In this document: positions 17,202 to 26,165 of the stretch, piece after piece | How the letters are laid out: each line of letters opens with the position of its first letter | Position numbering within the stretch: position 1 is the first letter of the stretch | Notes under the pieces: generated by a model | Told to the model about the DNA's origin: nothing | The model's database searches: none | Seen by the model: the letters and a program-made list of their open reading frames with translations, nothing else | Program-made: the position numbers and the translations under genes | From: a virus | Lineage: Duplodnaviria; Caudoviricetes | Virus record (IMG/VR): IMGVR_UViG_3300024284_000005 | Location: 1-41,194 of that record | Length of the DNA stretch: 41,194 nucleotides | Direction: 5' to 3' (one strand)

Positions 17202-18653
17202 ATGACCGTTCCTTACTACCCCGCCCGAGCCCCGGCCGCCGCCGGCATGACCCCGCCAAAGGCGCCGGCCCCACCGACCGGCAATCCAGTTATCGACGAA
17301 ATCAATCGCTTACGGGCGAATGTGACTAACTACGGCCAGCCGGGAACGGGGGTCGCCCGACTTACTCCTTCGAATAACGGTGTAAGTGTTCCCCCGCCGC
17401 CGTACAGCAGCATTTCGGACTATGCGCGCAACTACGCCAACAAGCCGGGGCAGGAATCGGGCACTCGGGACGCCTTCAACTCGTTGGCCACCGGGGTCGA
17501 TAAGATCGCCGCGGGGGACCCGGGAATCACAGCGCCGGACGTTTCCGGCCTAGGTGGCGTCGGGCAATTCTTCGGGTCGCTTTTCAACCCGCAGAGCCAG
17601 CAATACACCCCGCAACAGTTGTACATGCAACAGATTGCCGCGAACGCCTCTCACGCGGCGAATTCGGCCATCGATACCGGCTTTTGGAAAGGACGTCCGG
17701 TCTACGATCGCACCGGGCAAATGCTTGGCAATCCCGCCGATGTGCTTGGGGGCCAGGTGGGCGCCCGTCCCGACCTCTACGCCGAGAACAACCCGTATTT
17801 GCGGCAAGCGGGAGGTGCCGCAAATATGGCCATCAGTGGGGACGCACAGCAGCAGTTGGGCGCCCGTGCCACGGACTTCAGCAACACGTCCGCTTTCGCC
17901 GCGGGCAAGATCAACCAAGCCGGCAACGGGGTACGCGGGAACCAGATGGACACCCTCGCGACCGCCGGGGGTCAAGCCGCCCAGTCGCAAAGGGACCTCG
18001 GGATCGTCCGGGATTCCGCGCTAGGGCGGGGTCCTTCCGCCGCCGAAAACTTGGCTCGAAGCCAGATGGACGCTTCCGTACGCGCCCAAGCCGCCCAAGC
18101 GGCCGCGGCCCGCGGGGGCAACGTGGCATCCGCCCAACGCGCCGCCGCCCAGAGTGCGACCGACACCCGCCTCCAAAGCACCGCCCAGCTCGCCGCGCAA
18201 CGCGCCCAAGAGCAGTTGAACGCCCAACAGTTGCTTACGTCCGGCAACACCGCGGTCGGCAATCAGTTCCAAGGGTTGGGGGCCGGATACGGCGGGGTCC
18301 GCACCACGGACATCGGCCAAGCAACGGCGGCGGCTTCCGGCATGAACGACGCGGCCCGGACGGCCGCGGCCCAATACGGCATCGACGCCCAGATGTACGG
18401 CCAAGGGATGCAAACCCAACTCGGGGCGGGCCAGCAATTCGGTGCTCAGAACTTGGGCGCCCAACAGTTTGAAGCGCAGAACTCCCAACAGTATGCCGAC
18501 TGGTTGCAACGCCAGTTCTCGTTGGCAATGGGGATTCCGGTCGACTACTCGGGCCAGAACGTCCAGCGCGACATCGCAAACCAACAGCTGCAGACCCAAC
18601 GGGAAGGCGCATTGATCGGCGCGGGGGGAACCATCCTCTCCGCCTTGCTGTAA
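17202..18653 (+). CDS. Probable internal virion / DNA ejection protein
   Basis: Ala/Gln/Gly-rich helical protein with hydrophobic C-terminus, after nozzle. Confidence 0.6.
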   Translation: MTVPYYPARAPAAAGMTPPKAPAPPTGNPVIDEINRLRANVTNYGQPGTGVARLTPSNNGVSVPPPPYSSISDYARNYANKPGQESGTRDAFNSLATGVDKIAAGDPGITAPDVSGLGGVGQFFGSLFNPQSQQYTPQQLYMQQIAANASHAANSAIDTGFWKGRPVYDRTGQMLGNPADVLGGQVGARPDLYAENNPYLRQAGGAANMAISGDAQQQLGARATDFSNTSAFAAGKINQAGNGVRGNQMDTLATAGGQAAQSQRDLGIVRDSALGRGPSAAENLARSQMDASVRAQAAQAAAARGGNVASAQRAAAQSATDTRLQSTAQLAAQRAQEQLNAQQLLTSGNTAVGNQFQGLGAGYGGVRTTDIGQATAAASGMNDAARTAAAQYGIDAQMYGQGMQTQLGAGQQFGAQNLGAQQFEAQNSQQYADWLQRQFSLAMGIPVDYSGQNVQRDIANQQLQTQREGALIGAGGTILSALL

Positions 18654-18660
18654 GATTCCT

Positions 18661-20673
18661 ATGGCCCCGACCAAAAAACCCGCCACACGTTTTGGCATCC
18701 CCGATTTCGCGGCGAAGGACCCGGAAGCGCCGAAGGATCCCGGACCCGCCGGGGCGGACCTCATGAGTGCTTATCTCATGTCGGAAGCGCCCCCGGACCC
18801 CGGGGCCGTTCCCGCGCCGCCCGCGGCGGCGCCGAATGCCTCTATGCCGGGCGATGCTCCGACGGCCGTTCCCCGGTTCGGAACCATGATCGACCCGACG
18901 AAGCTTCCCGGCTACCAAGATCCGAACGCCCCCGTCGAGGACCCGTTGCACCGGACCATGCGGTTGGCGTCTTCTCCGGATACCTTGCCGCAGTTGAGCA
19001 ATGACGATGCGGTAAGACTGCAAGCGGCTTCGCGGGACATCAACGCGGCGAATCTGGCCCGCAACCCGATGCTCGGGACCACCTTACAGTCACAACACGG
19101 GTCGACCACGTCCGACCAAACCACGACCGGGACCAACTACTCCACTACCGAAAACGAATCGCGTTCCAAGTCGGACGCCCAGAGCGAGCAGAAGGCGACC
19201 GGGACGACCCAAACCGTGCTGTCCGACGACGCCCGAGAATCTTTGTTGCGCGAGCAGGACATAGCCCGCCAACGGGGGGTAGTTGCTACCCGGTTGGGCG
19301 AAGTCCAGTCCGCCGCCGCGGCCGAAAGCGCGGGCAAGATTTCCGAGTGGGCGAACTATCAAAAGGAGATGGCCCTCGCGCAACAACGCACCGCCGCCGA
19401 ACAACAGATCGCCTTGGCCAAGTTGGAAAAGGACATGCAACTCCAGCAGAGCCAATATGAGAAAGCGGCGAAGGAGATCGATCCTTCCCGTCTCATCTCC
19501 GGCCCGAAGTCCTGGATTGCCGCGCTCGCGATGGGTCTTGGGGCTTATGGGGCCGCCATGGCCCGGACGCCGAACTTCGCCCAACAAGTAATCAACCAAG
19601 CGTTAGAGCGTGACTTGGAAGGCCAGAAGATCGGGTTGCAGGCGAAAAAGGAACGTATGTCCATGACCCAGCAGATCTTGGTCGATATGCGCGGCCGTTT
19701 TCAATCGGACCTCGCCGCCAAGGAAGCCACCAAGGCCGCAATGCACGGGGTTTTCGCGACGCAACAGGAAGCCCGCGCCCAAGCTTTGAAGGGCACGGAA
19801 GCGGGGATCCGCAGTCAAGAAGAAGCTCTAAAGTTCGCCGCCGAACAACAAGCGGGAATGACGCGTGCCTTCCAAATCGAGTCCAAAACCCGCACGGAAA
19901 ACAACACCACCGGCGAGTCTCACACCTTGGGCCAAGAGGTGGGAACGGCCAACACCTTCGGGACCCAGACGCAGAAGTCGCACGGAACCACGGTGTCCGA
20001 TCAATCCGGGTCCTCGTATTCCCCGTCGACCGCGGGAGTGGCCCCGGTGGATCTGCTCAAGGAAGCCGTTGACCGGGCGAATGCTTTGGTCGCCTTCCGT
20101 AAGACGGGCAACGGTCCGACCAAGGCCGACGAAGCCGCGCAAGGCAAAGCGGAAGTGACCATGCGGGGCCTCGACTCCATGCAAGCCGCGGGGCACGAGT
20201 TGACCCGGTTGAATCAGGAAACGAATTTCTTGTCACGGGCCACCGGTTGGACCGAGGCATCCGACGAACAAAAGATGGCCGTGTATAACTATCTTGCGGC
20301 TAAGAATCTGGCCACCACCGGTCAGACTATCACTACACAAGAACTCGAGCGGCAGACGGAAGCGTTCTTCAAAAACAAGTGGTCCGGGGACGCACTCAAC
20401 CGGGCACTCGGGGAAGACATGCGCCTCGGGCGGTTCACCATCGGATCGAATATCGCTTTCCTACAGCCCAAGCTGAAGGACCAGATGTACCAACGGCTGC
20501 GCGACGCGGGTTACTCCGAACGGGACATGCAGGAAATTATCAGCCGCAAACGCAACGAATCCGAGCAAGCGAAGGGTACTCGATTGGGCCTTACAGATTT
20601 GAACGCCCCCGCCAAACCTACCCAAGGGATTTTCGGTAAGTTTATCGACGAAACCCTCGGGTCCTACCGTTAG
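18661..20673 (+). CDS. Probable internal virion / DNA ejection protein
   Basis: Coiled coils flanking hydrophobic WIAALAMGLGAYGAAMA; two Ser/Thr-rich segments. Confidence 0.6.
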   Translation: MAPTKKPATRFGIPDFAAKDPEAPKDPGPAGADLMSAYLMSEAPPDPGAVPAPPAAAPNASMPGDAPTAVPRFGTMIDPTKLPGYQDPNAPVEDPLHRTMRLASSPDTLPQLSNDDAVRLQAASRDINAANLARNPMLGTTLQSQHGSTTSDQTTTGTNYSTTENESRSKSDAQSEQKATGTTQTVLSDDARESLLREQDIARQRGVVATRLGEVQSAAAAESAGKISEWANYQKEMALAQQRTAAEQQIALAKLEKDMQLQQSQYEKAAKEIDPSRLISGPKSWIAALAMGLGAYGAAMARTPNFAQQVINQALERDLEGQKIGLQAKKERMSMTQQILVDMRGRFQSDLAAKEATKAAMHGVFATQQEARAQALKGTEAGIRSQEEALKFAAEQQAGMTRAFQIESKTRTENNTTGESHTLGQEVGTANTFGTQTQKSHGTTVSDQSGSSYSPSTAGVAPVDLLKEAVDRANALVAFRKTGNGPTKADEAAQGKAEVTMRGLDSMQAAGHELTRLNQETNFLSRATGWTEASDEQKMAVYNYLAAKNLATTGQTITTQELERQTEAFFKNKWSGDALNRALGEDMRLGRFTIGSNIAFLQPKLKDQMYQRLRDAGYSERDMQEIISRKRNESEQAKGTRLGLTDLNAPAKPTQGIFGKFIDETLGSYR

Positions 20674-20681
20674 GTCCCCGG

Positions 20682-23600
20682 ATGGCCGACCCTAAGATCC
20701 AGATCGTCGACCCGCAAAGCGGGACCGTCGCCGAAGTCCCCGCCGACGTCGCACAAACCGAATGGCTGGCGGGCCGGGCCGCTTTGGCCCCCGAGCAACA
20801 GATCCCGATGCTGGCGCCCGACGGCAAGACCGTCATGCACGCGACGCCCGACCGGGTCCAGGACGCCATACAAGACGGGTGGCGGTTCGCGACGGGACAC
20901 GAGGTCCTCACCCAGAAGGCCCAAGGACAACGCCTCCAGAGCTTCCTAGAAGGCGCGGGCCGTAGTCTTTCGTTCGGGTTGTCCGACCTCGGTTTGCGCG
21001 AAGCCGGCGTCGAGGGCTTGTCGGAACGCGCGGCCACCGGATGGGGCACCGGGGGCGAAGCCACGGGCCTTGGGCTCACGTTCTTCCTTCCCGGTTTGGG
21101 CGAAGCGGGCGCCGCCGCCCGAGGGGCGGGCGCCGTCGAGGGGGCAATCGCGGCCGACGCGGCGCTCCAGGGTACGAACGCCTTACGTGCGACCACCCAG
21201 ACGGCCCTCCAAGCCGCCTTGGCCCCGACCGCCGCCGTGACCCAGATGGGCGTTACCGCGGAGAACGTGGCCCGAAAGGCCCTCGCGGAAATCATCGAAC
21301 GCGAGTCGCTCCAAAAGCTCGGGGGTACTGCCGCACGGGGCGCCGTCGAGGGCACGCTTTACGGCGCCGGCCAAGGCATTTCCGAGGAAGCCCTCGGAAA
21401 TCCGGATATGAATGCGGAGTCGCTACTCGCCGCCATGGGGAGCGGGGCGTTGCTCGGGGCGGGCCTCGGGGCGGGTGCGGGAACGGCGTTGCACGGAACG
21501 GTACTTGGGGCCGCGGGGGCGACGAAATACGCGGGCGAAAAGATCGGGACCGCCGCGGGGAAACTCGGGGACCTGGCCGGCGAAGCCGCGGGCAAAGCGA
21601 AAGCGTCGATCGCGGATCAGCTCGGGTGGGTCCAGACGACCCCGACCGGCGAACGCGTGATGATGTCCGTCGAGCAGATCGCCGACCAGATGAAAGCGAT
21701 GGGTTACGACACCATCACCGCCGAAAACCCGATCCTGAAAAAGGCCGTCGAGTTTTTCACTGAGACGTTCCCCACGAAGGTCGGTCGCTACGACCTGAAC
21801 GACATCCGCACGATCAACACCCCGAAGGGCCAAGCGTTCATGCGGGAAGGACGGGCGGGACTCGAGGAAACGGGCCGGGACCTCGGGGACGTCGTCAACA
21901 AGATTTCCGAAGCGCATTCCCAAGCGGGCCGCGAAGTCTACGGGGTCGGGGGCTTACGCGAGCAAGCCCTCGACGCGAAGATCCCCAAAGGCAACGCACC
22001 GGGGACCCTAAAGGCCGTCGCCAACAACATCGACCAGATCGACCTGGCACTCCAACACATCCCCCAAAACTCCGAGCATTATGGATTGGGTCATGGCGGC
22101 GGAAATGGAGTGGTCAAGCCGTATCGGGACGCGTTGGACACCGCCGTCGACAAAATCTTCCGCGAAGCGGGAGTCGACCGCGAATACAAAGTCACTAAGG
22201 ATGTATTCACCGGGGACGGCGTCGAGCAGGTAACCGAAATCCGCAAGCGCACGTTGCAGGAGTTGGCCGAGCAATTCCCGATCTCGGATAAGGTGGTTCG
22301 ACGTGCCTACGACGAACTCAACTCGGTCAAACAGTTGTTTCGAGACCCCGCGCGGTTCGACGAAGCGATCCCCCAAGTCGGACGCGGACGGTTGCGCGAC
22401 CAGTTCCAGACCGTGTACGCCAAGTCCCGCGAGGGCTTAGAGGACCCCGCCATCTGGGGCGAAGCGGGCCACCTACAGAAATCGTGGAACGAAGCCTACG
22501 CCGCACGGGCGCGGGCTTACGAGGACCTCAAGAAAGCGCGGATCATCGACGCCGACGGGGCCGCCGACCTGAATGGGATCAACACCTATCTAAACCGAGT
22601 CGACCGTCTCGCGGGTGACAAAACCGCCGCCGCTTTGGACCAGTGGCAAGCGGCCAACGAGAAATACGCGACCACCGCGAAAGAACTATTCGGAGGCCAC
22701 CCCGAGGTGTTGCAGCGAGCCGAGGCATTCAACCAAGAATTCGCCAAGCTTCGCACCCAGCTCTCCGAAAAGGTCGCCGTCTTCAACGCGGTCAAGAAAC
22801 TCACCGAGCGCTACAACAAAACCTTCGGGTCCTTCGGCACCGGGGCCGGGGCCGCGTTGTTGTTCGGCGGCATCGGTTCCATGTTCGGGTTGCCCGGCGC
22901 CGTGGCCGGCGCCGCGGGCGCGATGATGCTCAACCCCGCGCGTATGGCGATCGTCCGCGCGAACGCCGCCGGCATGCTCCAGGACCTTCGTGCATACCTC
23001 GGTTCCCGAGCGTCCGGGTTGTTCTCGGAAGAGACCGCCCAGAAGGCGCGAACCGCCGCCGCGAAGGTCGCCGAAACCGCCGGCCCGACGGCACGTAAGG
23101 TCCGTGATAGTATCACGCGCCCCCTACGGGGCGCCTACGAAGCAATCACGGCGGGCAACGCCCCCCGCGCGGGAACCATCCGCCGGTTCATTTCGCCGGC
23201 CACGCAACGAATGCTGGACGGGAAGACCGCCGAGGCTCGACAAGCCGCCTACCGGGAAAGGCTCGCCGAAATCCAAAGCATGCAGGACCCGGTCGCGTTC
23301 GCACAACATTCGACTCGCGAACTTGGGGAGGTCCACGACGCGATGCCGACCCACGCGGCGGCCATGACCGCCCGCGCCCAATCGGCCCTCGGGATGCTCG
23401 CCGCCATGTTGCCCCCGATCAAACGGGGGACGCTGCCTAACGACCCCTTCGCGGCTTTGTACGCCGATCCCCAAGTCGACGACCGCGATCTGCGCAAGTT
23501 CGCCCAAGCCGATCGCATCGCCCAAGACCCGTTGTCGATCTATGATCGCCTCGACGAAGGCTACGTGTTCCAGCACGAAATCGACACCTTGAACCAGATG

Positions 23601-23876
23601 TATCCGGGTTTGGCCGAACAAATCCGGTTGTCGGTGCTGGAAGGGCTTGGGGGCAAGAAACGCCCGAGCGGCCACCGGGCCGTCGCCATGGGTCGTTTAC
23701 TCGGGCAACCTCGGATGAAGATTGCCAAGGCCCAATCGGTCTACAAGTCGGTCAACAGCGGTCGCACGCAGTTTGCTCCGAGCGGGGCGGGAAGCTCCGC
23801 GGCGAAACCTCGCATCACACAGTCCGCGTCCTACCGCTCTACCACTGACAATCTCGACAACTATCTGACGAACTAA
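20682..23876 (+). CDS. Large internal virion / DNA ejection protein
   Basis: 1064 aa, Gly/Ala-rich helices with glycine-zipper hydrophobic stretches; third of three ejection-type genes. Confidence 0.62.
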   Translation: MADPKIQIVDPQSGTVAEVPADVAQTEWLAGRAALAPEQQIPMLAPDGKTVMHATPDRVQDAIQDGWRFATGHEVLTQKAQGQRLQSFLEGAGRSLSFGLSDLGLREAGVEGLSERAATGWGTGGEATGLGLTFFLPGLGEAGAAARGAGAVEGAIAADAALQGTNALRATTQTALQAALAPTAAVTQMGVTAENVARKALAEIIERESLQKLGGTAARGAVEGTLYGAGQGISEEALGNPDMNAESLLAAMGSGALLGAGLGAGAGTALHGTVLGAAGATKYAGEKIGTAAGKLGDLAGEAAGKAKASIADQLGWVQTTPTGERVMMSVEQIADQMKAMGYDTITAENPILKKAVEFFTETFPTKVGRYDLNDIRTINTPKGQAFMREGRAGLEETGRDLGDVVNKISEAHSQAGREVYGVGGLREQALDAKIPKGNAPGTLKAVANNIDQIDLALQHIPQNSEHYGLGHGGGNGVVKPYRDALDTAVDKIFREAGVDREYKVTKDVFTGDGVEQVTEIRKRTLQELAEQFPISDKVVRRAYDELNSVKQLFRDPARFDEAIPQVGRGRLRDQFQTVYAKSREGLEDPAIWGEAGHLQKSWNEAYAARARAYEDLKKARIIDADGAADLNGINTYLNRVDRLAGDKTAAALDQWQAANEKYATTAKELFGGHPEVLQRAEAFNQEFAKLRTQLSEKVAVFNAVKKLTERYNKTFGSFGTGAGAALLFGGIGSMFGLPGAVAGAAGAMMLNPARMAIVRANAAGMLQDLRAYLGSRASGLFSEETAQKARTAAAKVAETAGPTARKVRDSITRPLRGAYEAITAGNAPRAGTIRRFISPATQRMLDGKTAEARQAAYRERLAEIQSMQDPVAFAQHSTRELGEVHDAMPTHAAAMTARAQSALGMLAAMLPPIKRGTLPNDPFAALYADPQVDDRDLRKFAQADRIAQDPLSIYDRLDEGYVFQHEIDTLNQMYPGLAEQIRLSVLEGLGGKKRPSGHRAVAMGRLLGQPRMKIAKAQSVYKSVNSGRTQFAPSGAGSSAAKPRITQSASYRSTTDNLDNYLTN

Positions 23877-23880
23877 CCTT

Positions 23881-24285
23881 ATGGCCCACACCTTACTTGC
23901 TACTCTCTTCAAGGACCGCGTTTACACCGGGCCGTTTGCTTCCCGGTGGATTGACACCGCGGGGTCCTATGCCATCAAGATCCATCTGGCCAACGACGGG
24001 TCGGGCGCGGCCGCGGGGGCGTGGACCATCGAAGAGTCCAACGACGCATCGATCGCCCACGAGCTCAAGGCCACCGACGGGGAATCCACCGCCTCCACTG
24101 CGAAGGTCGTGGACATATCCGCCGTGACCTCACGGGTCACGATCGACGGGACGGGGTTGACGGTAACCAATGGAGCATCGACTATGATTACGATTGTCAA
24201 CCCCGCCCGTTTCGTACGTCTCAAGTTGACCGGGGCGGGCGCCGTCGGGGCCAAGCTGCAAGGGTGGGTCAAGGGCCAGGACTAG
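23881..24285 (+). CDS. Small beta-sandwich virion-associated protein
   Basis: WTIEESND and ARFVRLK motifs; last gene of the virion operon. Confidence 0.55.
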   Translation: MAHTLLATLFKDRVYTGPFASRWIDTAGSYAIKIHLANDGSGAAAGAWTIEESNDASIAHELKATDGESTASTAKVVDISAVTSRVTIDGTGLTVTNGASTMITIVNPARFVRLKLTGAGAVGAKLQGWVKGQD

Positions 24286-24643
24286 GCGGGGGGACGACGG
24301 GGACCGTCCCGAACCGCATATCCAGATACCCAAGCTGCGGTCGACCGCATTTCCCCGCCAATACCTCGGGGTCGTCTATGTGGAAGTAGACGCCCCGCTT
24401 GTACCGTTTGACTTCCGCCCCGCACGTCTGGCACCGCGGCGCCCGACCACCGCCCCACGGACCCCGGTGGGCCAAGGCCGAATTGAAGTGTTGTCGGGTG
24501 CAGTGCGTTTGTAGGCGGATCGACGACCAATCGTGGCCCGCGTAGTGCAGTTGCCGGATCCACTCGGACCGCGACAAGCCTTCCGGAGGTTTCGGCTTTT
24601 CGTGGCCGTGGAAAGCTACGCCTTCGACCGGCTCAAGCGGCAT
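24269..24643 (-). CDS. Hypothetical protein, possible HTH plus CxxC zinc ribbon
   Basis: ATG at 24643 coupled to the upstream gene; SRSEWIRQLHYAG..WSSI helix pattern; CQTC...H...C. Confidence 0.55.
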   Translation of the reverse strand: MPLEPVEGVAFHGHEKPKPPEGLSRSEWIRQLHYAGHDWSSIRLQTHCTRQHFNSALAHRGPWGGGRAPRCQTCGAEVKRYKRGVYFHIDDPEVLAGKCGRPQLGYLDMRFGTVPVVPPPSPGP

Positions 24644-25070
24644 GTGGCGGCCCCCCGTCATTCTGGCACGGCACGGACCGCAACGGATTGCGGGGCACGG
24701 GGACCGGGGAACCGACCATCAAGGCGCGGGGAAGGTCGTACTTCGCCCGTTGGCACTCGGGGATTTCGCCCCACCACATCGTGGAACCGATGCCGTAGAT
24801 CGCCGCCCAAGGCAACGCGCAATGGTAAGGCACCGATTGCATCCGTAGGGTGCCCGTAATCCCGACGATCGGGTGGATGTAGAGGTTGCGAATCCGCGGG
24901 CGGGTGCCGTGGCCGATGTAGAGCTCGACGTCCGCCCGTTCCCACAGATGCTCGGGGAGATCGATGTCGGGATGGCGCCCGTCAACGAGCAACCGGACCA
25001 CCGACTGTACTTCCATCAACCGCTTGGCCAGCAGATACTTGGCCAACACCTCGGGGTTTCCGATGGTCAC
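24633..25070 (-). CDS. sspB: SspB-like ClpXP specificity-enhancing (adaptor) protein
   Basis: GTG at 25070 overlapping the upstream TGA; VRLLVDGRHPDIDLP, L.IG....PRI.NL, GITGTL, HCALPWAAIYGI, MWWGEIP match the SspB-family pattern as I recall it; PLRSV resembles the ClpX-binding LRVV motif. Confidence 0.72.
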   Translation of the reverse strand: MTIGNPEVLAKYLLAKRLMEVQSVVRLLVDGRHPDIDLPEHLWERADVELYIGHGTRPRIRNLYIHPIVGITGTLRMQSVPYHCALPWAAIYGIGSTMWWGEIPECQRAKYDLPRALMVGSPVPVPRNPLRSVPCQNDGGPPHAA

Positions 25071-25414
25071 GCGGCCGCCGCCTTTCCGTTCGCTCCGGCG
25101 GAATGCAGCCCGTCTTCGCGTGCGTGTTTCCCGTCTTCCAATTCCAACTGCCACGGCAACGAACCTTCCGGGGGCGAGATGGTCACCGGGCACCCCCACG
25201 TGTGGATGCACGACATCAACTCCGCGAGCCCCACGATCGACAACAGTTGCATCCCGGATTCCGGGTCCGGTTCCGAGACCACGGGCACGCCATCAGTCGG
25301 CACCGGACGCCCGCTCACCGCTCGAATACGAATGCGCATTTCGACCCTCACATCCCTTTCCCGCGAACGTGCATCAGTGAAAAACCACTTGGACTTGAGC
25401 GACTTAGTGGACAT
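25067..25414 (-). CDS. Hypothetical protein
   Basis: Overlaps neighbours at both ends in an operon-like way; ends AAAA. Confidence 0.6.
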   Translation of the reverse strand: MSTKSLKSKWFFTDARSRERDVRVEMRIRIRAVSGRPVPTDGVPVVSEPDPESGMQLLSIVGLAELMSCIHTWGCPVTISPPEGSLPWQLELEDGKHAREDGLHSAGANGKAAAA

Positions 25415-26042
25415 CGTAAGCCCCCACTACCCGGCCCGCTTCTAAGACGACGGGGATGGCCGCGGGACGGGGATAGGCGTCCTCGATCGTAATCGGATGG
25501 GCTTGGACCGGGGGCAAACGGTTGTCGCGCCACCGCGGCTGGTTGAGGGCGTTCCACGCATTCCACAAGGCACACGTAAGGTGGGTCGCTTGGGTCTCGG
25601 GGTCGACCAACTTCCCGCGCAGGTGGGCGTGCAGATGTCGAAAGAACGAGTTTAGATATTCGGTGAGGGGGGCGCCGTGCCGATAGTTGCCCCGGGCGTA
25701 CTTATGTTCCCCCGCGACGCACAAACGGTCGTACGCGGCCAAGGCGTGCTCACAATGCGCGAGGAAAGCGATGGGCGTTAGGTCGTTCGGAAGCAGATCC
25801 GAAACGGCGTGCTCTTCGTGCGCGTCCTCGATGGCCAGCACCAACGCGGTCACCACCCGCACCAACGGCGCCCACGGGTCCGACCACACGTTAGCCAAGA
25901 ACGTCGATGCAGATTGCACAATCGCGTCCTCCACCGGGCAGGCGCACGGGGTGAACGAAGTTTCGAATCGTTCCAACGCAAGGTGGTTTGCATACCAATA
26001 GGTCGCACAAGGTTTGTCGGTGTTGTATCTTAGCTGGTCCAT
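25404..26042 (-). CDS. dATP/dGTP diphosphohydrolase-domain protein (DUF5664)
   Basis: RYNTDKP N-terminal motif; GEHKYARGNY, NSFFRHL, DPET..THL.CALWN; start may be 26042 or 26057. Confidence 0.8.
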   Translation of the reverse strand: MDQLRYNTDKPCATYWYANHLALERFETSFTPCACPVEDAIVQSASTFLANVWSDPWAPLVRVVTALVLAIEDAHEEHAVSDLLPNDLTPIAFLAHCEHALAAYDRLCVAGEHKYARGNYRHGAPLTEYLNSFFRHLHAHLRGKLVDPETQATHLTCALWNAWNALNQPRWRDNRLPPVQAHPITIEDAYPRPAAIPVVLEAGRVVGAYDVH

Positions 26043-26165
26043 AGTCGTTTCGCGCATTCCCAGAAAACACTAATACACTACAGGTGGTAGGTGCCCACCC
26101 CTCCGATCCACTGCATGTTGGGACCTTATGTGTGACATGCCCCACGCCGGTGTCGAGTCCGGCGC

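Noticed and set aside
8416-23675. Long antisense or alternate-frame ORFs (e.g. 8416-9294, 10278-11090, 15677-16627, 21041-21763)
   Set aside because: Arg/Pro/Gly-rich shadow frames expected in high-GC coding DNA
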